A stretch of 64,000 nt of DNA from Candidatus Bathyarchaeia archaeon (GTDB lineage Archaea > Thermoproteota > Bathyarchaeia > TCS64), in the NCBI GenBank assembly GCA_050014495.1, contig JBEKDF010000013.1, forward strand, positions 1 to 64,000. The letters run 5' to 3'. Below are positions 30,693 to 39,336 of the stretch, in pieces. The notes below the pieces were generated by a model that was not told the DNA's origin, searched no databases, and saw nothing but the letters and a program-made list of their open reading frames with translations. The translations under genes were made by a program, and so were the position numbers. Position 1 is the stretch's first letter. The number at the start of each line of letters is the position of its first letter.

Positions 30693-32510
30693 TTGGCGGA
30701 CAACGAAACAGCAAACAAAGGAAAAGAATTAGTAGACCAATTAGGTATTGAGTACAAGCCAATTACTACTAGTGAAATATTAAACGACGAAAAAAATACA
30801 ACCATCGGCGATGGCGATTATGATTCTATAAAACCCATAATATCCAAGTTTTCAATAAAAGAGATAACACAAAGTTATATCAATAATAAAATACCAAAAT
30901 TGGATTTCTTAGGCTTACTCAAATACAAAGAATATTCGATATATGATATAAATAAGATATTGAAAGACACGCAACCATTAAGAGATATAATGATTAATAA
31001 AGGTGGACAACCAACAGAGCCGGCGGCGGAGAAAGAGCAAATTCAGATAAGAAACGTTAGATGCATATCTACGGATCACTTTATAGCGGAAACAATAAGG
31101 CTAGACGGTACGAATATATTCCTAATATATCAACCAAACACAGATAGACAGTTTAAATGGACCACATCGCCATTTGTATTAAAGGACAGTATTACATATT
31201 TACCAGAAATTGACGAACCTTATAAACCTTATACTTTTACTAAAACCGAAATTGATAAACTAATTTCAAGTGAGATTGAGATACCAACCTTATATGAATT
31301 ATATGATCAAATTTTAAATATAATCAGAGATTATATTGTAGTCCCGGACGAATATCTATCATTAATAGCCAATACTATTTTAGTATCTTATGAGCAAGAA
31401 AAATTTGATGCTTTAGGATATTTAGCAATTCTAGGTATACCCGGTTGTGGAAAAACAAGAATAGGTGAAATTATATATTATATCGGATATAGACCATTAA
31501 TGGATATTGGTTTGAATTCGGCGAATGTATACGATTATATAGGCACGGAAACAGAAGGAAATTGTATAATTATAGCGGACGAAATTCAAACGAATGAAAA
31601 TGATCCCGATCTATTAAAAATATATCGTTCAGGATACAGAAAAGGTTTTAAAATTAGACGTATAACCGATCCAAGTAGTGCAACCAGATCACATAGATAT
31701 TATAATATATATAGCTTAAAAGTGTTTATTGGGTACTATATGCCACCTAAAGATGCATTAAGTGAAAGGTGTATTACCATAAATGTTATCAACGGTGATC
31801 CGGTTAAAGATATAATAAAGGATTCAGATCGACAAACATTTCAAGAATTGAAAAAGAGAATTCTCTTATCAAGAATGGCTCACTATTTCGATCCATTACC
31901 AATAGTAAAAACCGATATAAAAGGTAGAGATAAAGAAATATGGTTGCCTCAGTTAGTGGTTGCAGAAACTACAAATGCGAAAGAAAACATTAATAAACTA
32001 TTGAAAGAATACTTAACCGATATGGAGAATAGAAATAAGGCAGGAATAGATCGTAAAATTGTTGCGTGTGTATTAAGGCAAACAGAGTTTTATGAAACAC
32101 ACACGTTAAAAGTGAATTCTATTTGGAATTCTATATTATTAACATTATGCAAAGACCCTAAAATCCTACAATATTACCCAAATATAGACAGCTTTCAATA
32201 TGAATTAGGTGATACTAAGGTTTCGAAATGGTTAATAGGAAAGAAACTAAAACCAGTTTTATGCGGAAAAGACGATACTAAATATTTTAGTGATACAAGC
32301 ACAACAGAAAGAGTTTGGACGTTTGATAAGAAAATATTGGATCAGCTTGAGAAATCTTTAAAGATCACAGATACTGAGAAAGACGAATTTGTAATAGCCG
32401 ATCTTAACCAACCAGACCCACCGACGCCGCCAAAGCCAACATCGCCATCGCCGCCGCAGATCAGCCTTCCCAACACGCTAGAAAAGCTCTTTAATCCAAA
32501 TTCTCAATAA
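30693..32510 (+). CDS. AAA+ P-loop NTPase, putative replicative helicase/Rep of the element
   Basis: Walker A GIPGCGKT, Walker B IIADE, GYRKG, Arg-finger-like LSERC; Pro-rich tail; followed by the iteron region. Confidence 0.75.
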   Translation: MADNETANKGKELVDQLGIEYKPITTSEILNDEKNTTIGDGDYDSIKPIISKFSIKEITQSYINNKIPKLDFLGLLKYKEYSIYDINKILKDTQPLRDIMINKGGQPTEPAAEKEQIQIRNVRCISTDHFIAETIRLDGTNIFLIYQPNTDRQFKWTTSPFVLKDSITYLPEIDEPYKPYTFTKTEIDKLISSEIEIPTLYELYDQILNIIRDYIVVPDEYLSLIANTILVSYEQEKFDALGYLAILGIPGCGKTRIGEIIYYIGYRPLMDIGLNSANVYDYIGTETEGNCIIIADEIQTNENDPDLLKIYRSGYRKGFKIRRITDPSSATRSHRYYNIYSLKVFIGYYMPPKDALSERCITINVINGDPVKDIIKDSDRQTFQELKKRILLSRMAHYFDPLPIVKTDIKGRDKEIWLPQLVVAETTNAKENINKLLKEYLTDMENRNKAGIDRKIVACVLRQTEFYETHTLKVNSIWNSILLTLCKDPKILQYYPNIDSFQYELGDTKVSKWLIGKKLKPVLCGKDDTKYFSDTSTTERVWTFDKKILDQLEKSLKITDTEKDEFVIADLNQPDPPTPPKPTSPSPPQISLPNTLEKLFNPNSQ

Positions 32511-32535
32511 GGTTGTCTCAGATGACATAACCTTA

Positions 32536-32896
32536 AAATTTAGCCCTAATTAGGGTTAATTTTCAAGTTTACTTTCAGAAAAACTTTCTAACGTTTCTAA
32601 CGTTTCTAACGGAAGATTTGAGAGTATAAAAAAAAATATACAAAACCACAAAAAAACGTAAAAAGATACAAAAAGATATAAATATAAAAAACTCATATTT
32701 TACCCTCAAATAGGGTATATATCGGGTATATTATACCCTTTATATAAAAAGATCAGAATTATTTAAGTATAGAAGGACTCTGTTAGAAACGTTAGAGACT
32801 CTTTTTTTTTGTTTTTCCTTGTGGATCTTCCGTTAGAAACGTTAGAAACGTTAGAAAAATAAACTGAAAGTAAAACGCCAAAATACCCTAGGGTAT
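32536..32896. repeat. Putative replication origin: 50-bp inverted repeat with 3x 9-bp iterons, plus CCC-GGG palindromes around an AT-rich core
   Basis: 32568-32617 vs 32825-32874; (TTTCTAACG)x3; extra iteron copies 32782-32796; palindromes 32544-32555, 32701-32717, 32724-32738, 32883-32896. Confidence 0.85.
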
Positions 32897-33008
32897 AGTG
32901 AATAACTCAATCTGAAAAAAGGTTTGCTCAATACAGCTCAGATGAATAGAGCTTGTATGTAATTACATTCAAGAAACATTATTAAGCATTTCTAAACGTA
33001 TATACATT

Positions 33009-33338
33009 ATGGGTATTAATTGGGAAAGCGAAACATCCAACAGAAAATATGTATGGGAAAAGAACAACTATCCTATATTTGCAACCTACATCCGAAGTCT
33101 AGGAAAATTGGATAACGCGCCATTCTGTGTTTATAAACATCCGAAAGAAAAGTTTATCGAAAAAAATATTTGTCTTCAATGTTGGTATCTAGGTTTAAAA
33201 TGCATCTATTGGGTATATGCTCACGATAGGAAAAGTCCGCAGATAGTAGATGCTAAACAGCATCACATAAAACATTTAAATATTAAAGAAAAGGAAGAAA
33301 GAGAAAAATGTCTGCTAACTCAACAACTGAAACAATAA
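33009..33338 (+). CDS. Hypothetical protein with Cys/His motifs
   Basis: 109-aa ORF, CVYKH..CLQC..C. Confidence 0.65.
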   Translation: MGINWESETSNRKYVWEKNNYPIFATYIRSLGKLDNAPFCVYKHPKEKFIEKNICLQCWYLGLKCIYWVYAHDRKSPQIVDAKQHHIKHLNIKEKEEREKCLLTQQLKQ

Positions 33339-33538
33339 AAAATATAACTACAATTTCGGGTATAACCACTAGGACTTTTACCAATATAACAATAACACAA
33401 GTGCCAATTTATGAATGGGATAATACCAAATTCTTTCTATTCATAATTTCAATAGTGATCCTATATTTTGTGGCGGGTTATATTCAGAGACATAGAGTTA
33501 GCCAAAGTAGCTGGGAAAAGCCAAACTGGAAGTTTTAA
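33308..33538 (+). CDS. Small single-TM protein with Thr-rich N-terminus and three N-x-T sequons
   Basis: NST, NIT, NIT; TM FFLFIISIVILYFVAGYI; basic C-terminus. Confidence 0.65.
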   Translation: MSANSTTETIKNITTISGITTRTFTNITITQVPIYEWDNTKFFLFIISIVILYFVAGYIQRHRVSQSSWEKPNWKF

Positions 33539-33627
33539 CTATTACAATATAACAGATTTCAATAGTTAATAGTTAATAGTTTTCTCAATAGAATAAACAT
33601 TATTACAGTAGTAATATTAATATACTT

Positions 33628-33996
33628 ATGCAATCCAATTATGATATGGTTAAATCAAATAATCAATCTAGGTCTTATACTAGAAGAAATTTAGGCTCAA
33701 GCAAGTCTGATAATTATTTCATTGAGTACTATAAAAACATAGCAAAGCCAAAGCGTGGTATCGTAATGAGCAGGGAAGAATATTTGGCTTGTTGCTCATT
33801 TAAGACACTTCATAAACAGTTATGCAAACTCTATCATCAGAAAATAGATATTACAGAGCGGATGGATAAACTGAATATTGAAATTGATTCGGTTATAAAA
33901 ATTATTGAGAAAAATCCTAATATCCCACTCTATTCAATGTATACATTAAAAAATGAAGAATGGAATATGGGTGAGAGTGAAGTAAAAGTTGTATAG
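33628..33996 (+). CDS. Hypothetical protein
   Basis: 122-aa ORF overlapping the next gene. Confidence 0.6.
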   Translation: MQSNYDMVKSNNQSRSYTRRNLGSSKSDNYFIEYYKNIAKPKRGIVMSREEYLACCSFKTLHKQLCKLYHQKIDITERMDKLNIEIDSVIKIIEKNPNIPLYSMYTLKNEEWNMGESEVKVV

Positions 33997-34660
33997 AAAA
34001 GAAACACAATTTGAGCCACAAACCGAATCAACTCAGCAACAGCAGAAAATAAATATACCATATATAATAGAGCAACAATTAATAAAAATCAGCTCGAGTG
34101 GTTGGAAAGGCGATGAAGCTGGGTATAGTAATGCAATTCAAACTTTATTAAAAGATTTACCAATTGAGAATCAAAAACATATAGAATCACGTAAGGACGA
34201 ATATATAACAAGTGTAGAGAAACCAGAGTGGAAGTATTGCTCAGGTAGAAAGATGGGTACATTAGAAAATCCATTATTTTGCAACCGAAAGGGTGTGGAT
34301 TGGCGGTGGAGTGCTGATATCAATAATGGACAACCCATAAGAATAAGCCCAATAATTGAAGAAGTTGAAGAAACAAACTATCAAACACTGTACGGTCTTA
34401 TAATGGAAGAAATGCAGAGTATGGGTCTACTTTTCAAGATAGAGCCACACGATAGAGTTGGCAAAAAGATAAAATATCCGCCTACACCGCTTATCACACT
34501 AAAAGATGGCTCTGAAGTCCGTGTCTTAATGCAAAAGGATGTCCCGCCCGAAATAGCCTTACTACAAAAGCAAGCAAATTCTAATGAAACGGATGAAGAT
34601 AATTCTACTGAAGAATATGAAGATAGTGAAGAAATGGACTTAGACGAAGATGTCCAATAA
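33989..34660 (+). CDS. Hypothetical protein with acidic C-terminal tail
   Basis: 223-aa ORF overlapping the ATPase start. Confidence 0.7.
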   Translation: MYRKETQFEPQTESTQQQQKINIPYIIEQQLIKISSSGWKGDEAGYSNAIQTLLKDLPIENQKHIESRKDEYITSVEKPEWKYCSGRKMGTLENPLFCNRKGVDWRWSADINNGQPIRISPIIEEVEETNYQTLYGLIMEEMQSMGLLFKIEPHDRVGKKIKYPPTPLITLKDGSEVRVLMQKDVPPEIALLQKQANSNETDEDNSTEEYEDSEEMDLDEDVQ

Positions 34661-35705
34661 TTTAGAATATGCTGATCCGCCAGCGGATTATCACGGTTCA
34701 CATCCTTGGGCTAATTGGCACAATTTCGCATATGAAAAGGGTGGAAATTTTAATGCAAATGTATTGAATTTTATTCAACGAAAAAGAAACTCTCTAGAAG
34801 CCCTAATAATTTGTGCAAGTGGTGCCGCCGGCTCTGGTAAAAGTTATTGGGTTTTGAGAATTTGTGAGATCCTAGATCCTAAATTCTCAGTGGATCAGGT
34901 TGCCTTCGGTCCAGATGAATTTTTGGCACTTATAGGTCCAGACACCAAACTGAAAATGGGTCAATGTATAGTTTTAGATGAAAGTCAGTGGGGTGCAAAC
35001 TCAAGAAGTTGGTTCGATAAAGCCCAGCAGGACTTGATGTTACAGCTTGAAGCGATCCGATCAAAAGGGTTTGTCATATGGATCGTCTCTCTTTCTGAAG
35101 CATCACTAGATTTGATCGCTAGAAATTATGTCCTTTCCGCCAAAGCTCATTTATTAAAAAGAGCACATGCACGATTCTATTCGTACCAGATGTCTCCATT
35201 CAGCGTAAAACCCTATCCAAAAATTGTTAGTCGGGACTGTGAGATGGAATTACCGGGTGTTGAGTCGTGTCAATTTTTTTCGTGCTTAAAATGTCCATAT
35301 TCAGGTGTACAAAAAACTCTCTGGAAAAAGCGATCTCACTGGAAAGAAAATGGCGATATAATTTGTCAAAATTTGAGATCAAAATATGAGCGTAAAAAGA
35401 AGGAATTTGTCGAATTGATGGCTAATCAGTCGATTGAAGGTAGAGCGGCAGAAAAAGAGATTACAATAAGCAAGAAAATCTCTGTGGATGATATAGTAAA
35501 GCTACTTAGAGAAAATCCTAATAGACTTATAATGAGTAACCAAGGTAATATTGGAAAAGCAAGTGCTTTATTGGTTGTTAGAGAAATATATCCAAGCGTA
35601 AGTGAGAGAAGCATAACAAACGCAATAGGAATACTCAATCAAGATGTCCTTTTCTGCTCTAAATTGAGTTTAAAGAAGACAGTGCCTATTCCAGAGACAG
35701 GATAA
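34650..35705 (+). CDS. P-loop ATPase, possibly viral morphogenesis/packaging type, with Cys cluster
   Basis: Walker A GAAGSGKS, Walker B IVLDE, CQFFSCLKC..C. Confidence 0.75.
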   Translation: MSNNLEYADPPADYHGSHPWANWHNFAYEKGGNFNANVLNFIQRKRNSLEALIICASGAAGSGKSYWVLRICEILDPKFSVDQVAFGPDEFLALIGPDTKLKMGQCIVLDESQWGANSRSWFDKAQQDLMLQLEAIRSKGFVIWIVSLSEASLDLIARNYVLSAKAHLLKRAHARFYSYQMSPFSVKPYPKIVSRDCEMELPGVESCQFFSCLKCPYSGVQKTLWKKRSHWKENGDIICQNLRSKYERKKKEFVELMANQSIEGRAAEKEITISKKISVDDIVKLLRENPNRLIMSNQGNIGKASALLVVREIYPSVSERSITNAIGILNQDVLFCSKLSLKKTVPIPETG

Positions 35706-35987
35706 ACCATATATCTATATTTCTAGACAGTAGAAGCCACACAAACCATACAGGTGGATGTGCATCCTTTTCCTAGTATTGAAGAAACCTTACATATAAG
35801 TTGTTATGAGTTTTCAACAATATTTGTAATGAATATAACAGAAAAAACAAGAAAAAAGAGAAAAGAGTTGCGCACCTTTTCACTTATATTATTATATGGC
35901 GACAGGTATATTGATCAGGTATCGCAACTCTTTCGTGCTAGGGTTTAATAGTGGACAATATCACTATATATACCGTAGGGTCAAAGG

Positions 35988-36707
35988 ATGTCTGAAAACG
36001 TTATAATAGAACAATCCGCTATGGATGCTATACTAAAACAACTAGAAGTACATGCAAAAAAGGTATCCAAGCACAATAAATGGACAGATCAACATTTGGA
36101 TGAATACTTGTTGAAATATCGTTCTACTTTAGCTATGTTCTATTATTCTGGACTCAGATGTTCGGAAGTTATCGGAGACATCGGTCCTAAGTGGAAAGTA
36201 TTAAGCAACAATGGTAGGATACTTAGCCGAAACCTTCAGCTTTCAAAAGAATGGTGGAAGTTGCCTGAATCAGATGGTATCTGGGTTTGGAAGTCTAGAC
36301 CTTCAGCAAAGGGAATACTTAAAGAAGACTTGGAGATTAAGCAAGGCACACTATACATCTACAGTAAACCCTTAAAGGGTGGACTAAGAGAAAGTCCCAT
36401 AGAGATAAGCACAGCTTTACCTTATGTTGATTACATCATACAGGCGCGGAATTTAACAGATGCTGGTGATAGAGTATTTAGACTTAGGCGTTCAGCATTA
36501 TGGCAAACACTACGCAAACTAGTTGGTTATGGTTCACATAGATTCAGAAAGTCTAGAGTTAATTGGTTCGCTTCGCAACCAGATGTTAATCTAAAGGATA
36601 TGCTTCAGTGGTTTGGTTGGCGTCGTTCAGCAACTGCCGACTTTTATATTGTAAAGGCTAAAAGTGCAACAGACATGAAAAATATACTAAATAGGGTGGT
36701 TTTATGA
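35988..36707 (+). CDS. Compact tyrosine recombinase (Xer-like catalytic domain)
   Basis: Full catalytic set: YSGLRCSE, LKGG, HRFR, FGW, FY. Confidence 0.88.
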   Translation: MSENVIIEQSAMDAILKQLEVHAKKVSKHNKWTDQHLDEYLLKYRSTLAMFYYSGLRCSEVIGDIGPKWKVLSNNGRILSRNLQLSKEWWKLPESDGIWVWKSRPSAKGILKEDLEIKQGTLYIYSKPLKGGLRESPIEISTALPYVDYIIQARNLTDAGDRVFRLRRSALWQTLRKLVGYGSHRFRKSRVNWFASQPDVNLKDMLQWFGWRRSATADFYIVKAKSATDMKNILNRVVL

Positions 36708-36749
36708 TCATTTACCTATACTTATTTTATATAAAGAAGTGGTCATCAA

Positions 36750-36953
36750 TTGAGTAGCGAGCATATTTTTAAAGGAATTTACCTTAGAGTTAATTTCAAT
36801 ACTGAGCAACAGTATAAGGAATTCATTCGATACCTTCAGCACGCCAAAGTTAAGCTATCCTATACTTCACCTAAAAGTGATGGCGTCGGTGGATACTTCG
36901 GATTCATTTCGTTTGAAGGATCAAAATATTACATAGAGCCTTTTGAAGTCTAG
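36750..36953 (+). CDS. Small hypothetical protein
   Basis: 67-aa ORF, TTTATATA TATA-like box just upstream. Confidence 0.55.
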   Translation: MSSEHIFKGIYLRVNFNTEQQYKEFIRYLQHAKVKLSYTSPKSDGVGGYFGFISFEGSKYYIEPFEV

Positions 36954-37230
36954 TGAGTAGAGATATAAATTACTTTTAAAAAGAGTTTTTAGCAAACCGT
37001 ATCAGCTAGATCATCTATATATGTAATTTATTAAAAAGTGAATATTGATCGCGATCAATATACAGAAAAACTTGAAACAGTACTGCCATCTGCGATGGAG
37101 GTGTATCACTTGATACACCCCTATACCTTGTTATCATTTGATAACAGGGTTAAAGCTACTAAGCCACTTAGTAGGACGCAAATGGTTTTCTCTGTTTTAG
37201 TGTCCGACTTATAGAAATGGCATAAAATCA

Positions 37231-37301
37231 CTTAAAAATGTACTTTCTTATAAGGAAGTTGGATAGGGAAGCTGCGAAGAGGATGTAGGCGTTAAATCTT
37301 A
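37231..37301. repeat. attR arm and core, plus first displaced copy of the YkgJ 3' end
   Basis: Arm CTTAAAAATGTACTTTCT (37231-37248); 37250-37301 equals 42050-42101 with 2 mismatches and encodes IRKLDREAAKRM*. Confidence 0.9.
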
Positions 37302-37588
37302 GCTAAATAACAGTTTCGAATCTATGAATTAATACCTCGCTGGGTTTGTTTTTCACCCTAATTATTAATTATAGTATACGGAACCGCGCGCGCCTCGAAA
37401 CGTCTACATGTGTGCGCTAAACTGGCTGATGCCTGAAAGGGTCGGCGACAAGAGAGCCTCGATAGGAGCCTATCCAATTGGAGGTGAATATGTTATCGAC
37501 ATCGACTCTTATCTCAACTATAAGAAACACAGTCACAACCCACGTCTGGGTTCAAGGCGCACGTGAAATAGTTCTTCCCCAAGTTCAG

Positions 37589-39133
37589 CTATTGGGTGGG
37601 TAGCCTTATTGTGAAGGTCGTTCCCTCGCCAAGCTTGGACACGAAGCCCACTTTTCCCCCGTGACCCTCAACCACCATCTTAACGAAGTATAGTCCAAGC
37701 CCCAAGCCACCCTTCTTTGTTGTGAATAGTGGCTCGAAGATATGCTTGGAGGCTTCCTCACTTATACCCACGCCAGTGTCACCGACCTCCATGACCACCT
37801 CCTCGCCCACACGCCTAGCTGAAACTGTGAGCTTAACCCCCTCGGGCATCGCCTCGTAGCCGTTCCGCACAAGGTTATCCAATACCCTACGCATCAGCTC
37901 AGGGTCAAGAGACACATCCTCCAGTCCCCCTCTCAGCTGCATGTCCAGACTTATGTTCTCGGGTTTAGGCACACCATCAACAACTTCCTTGACGAGGGAC
38001 GATAAATCCACCTTCCGCTTCACTACCTTCACATCCCGTGTCCCTTCCCTAAACCCCTCGATCATGTGTAGAGACCTCTCCGCGTTGCTGGAGATTAACA
38101 ACAGCATCCTATCTGAGAGCTCCTGCTTCTTCCTAGCAATCTCCGCGGCTTGGCTGATGGCTATGAGCGGCCCACGCAGATCGTGCGCCACCGTTGCCCC
38201 AATCCTACTAATAGTATCCATCTGCTGTATGCTACGTAGCCTCTCATCGCTCTCACGCAACTTAGATTCCTCCTCCTCAACCAATCCCTCAAGCCTGTAA
38301 GCCCGCTCCTGCACCCTCTCCCTTGCAACAGCCAACTCTGTGTTCAACGTCTGAAGACCTTCATTCGTCTTGTTGAGCTCCTTATTGGCCGCCGCCGACA
38401 CCTCTTCAGCTCTCTTCCGTTGTGTGATGTCATCGAATATAGCGACGAAGTACCCCTTTTCCGGGCTGTAGGCGGAGATGGATAGCCATATGCTGAGGGG
38501 TTTGAGGAATAGCTCGAAGCTCGCAGGCACTCCAGTTGAGGAGACTCTACCATAAATATCGATGAGCTCAGGTTTTCCCTCTTTGATTCCCGGTATTGCT
38601 TCAGATACCTTTCTTCCAATTACTTCCTCCCTCTTCAAGCCGGTTAACCTCTCGAAGGAGTCATTGACTTCGAGGTAGGTGAAGTCCTCTGGTTTGCCAT
38701 TTTGGTCTTGTATCATCTTACAGTAGGCGAAACCGTTCATCATGTTGGAGAAGAGAGTGCGGTACCTTTCCTCGCTTACCTTTAACGCATTCTCTGCCCG
38801 ACTCTTCTCCACAGCGTGCCTGATCCTTCTTGCGAGGACTTTGAAGTGTGCTAGCTCCATCTCCTTCTTGACGTAGTCGTCAGCCCCAGCGGTGAAGACG
38901 TCAGAGGCTATCTCATCACTCCCTCGCCCAGTGTAGATTATGAAGGGGATCGTCCTCGTCTTCTTGATCTCGGTGCAGAACTTGGTGCCATCCATCCCCG
39001 GCATCTGGTAGTCGGAGACGATGCAGTCGAAGGGCTGATCCGATAGGAGTTTCAGCGCGTCGGATGGTATTTGCATCGTTGTTACTGTTAGGGAGGGGTC
39101 ATCGGACTCGAGGCTAAGCTTCGTGAGTTCCAA
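37589..39133 (-). CDS. REC-PAS-histidine kinase hybrid
   Basis: SDYQMPGMDG receiver, PAS, AHDLRGP H-box, N/G1/F/G2 boxes. In-frame IRVLLVDDEE lies upstream of the called start. Confidence 0.92.
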   Translation of the reverse strand: MELTKLSLESDDPSLTVTTMQIPSDALKLLSDQPFDCIVSDYQMPGMDGTKFCTEIKKTRTIPFIIYTGRGSDEIASDVFTAGADDYVKKEMELAHFKVLARRIRHAVEKSRAENALKVSEERYRTLFSNMMNGFAYCKMIQDQNGKPEDFTYLEVNDSFERLTGLKREEVIGRKVSEAIPGIKEGKPELIDIYGRVSSTGVPASFELFLKPLSIWLSISAYSPEKGYFVAIFDDITQRKRAEEVSAAANKELNKTNEGLQTLNTELAVARERVQERAYRLEGLVEEEESKLRESDERLRSIQQMDTISRIGATVAHDLRGPLIAISQAAEIARKKQELSDRMLLLISSNAERSLHMIEGFREGTRDVKVVKRKVDLSSLVKEVVDGVPKPENISLDMQLRGGLEDVSLDPELMRRVLDNLVRNGYEAMPEGVKLTVSARRVGEEVVMEVGDTGVGISEEASKHIFEPLFTTKKGGLGLGLYFVKMVVEGHGGKVGFVSKLGEGTTFTIRLPTQ

Positions 39134-39336
39134 CGAGGACTCTTCGTCGTCGACGAGAAGGACACGGATGGCATCGGTGCTATTCTTCCCAGTTTGTTTC
39201 TGTAAGGAGGCTCACCGAATATTTAGAACAGTTACGCAGTCTTAGTTAACTCTTCGGATGGAGATTCTCAATTACCTTGGTTCGCATTGTGGGAGATTCA
39301 TAGTTAATAGCTTCGAAATAAGCATCTCGAAGGCGC

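Larger units (their letters stand above)
27535..37258. mobile_element. ~9.7 kb integrated plasmid/virus-like element
   Basis: Abrupt shift to AT-rich DNA, all genes on +, a tyrosine recombinase near each end, 9-bp direct repeat ATAAGGAAG (27535-27543, 37250-37258), 18-bp imperfect inverted arms just inside. Confidence 0.92.

Noticed and set aside
32585..32856. TTTCTAACG repeats as a CRISPR array
   Set aside because: 9-bp tandem units without spacers, inverted arrangement, no cas genes.
37250..37301. 52-bp direct repeat as a tRNA 3' end
   Set aside because: No T-loop or acceptor stem; it reads in frame as the end of the YkgJ CDS with a synonymous difference between copies.
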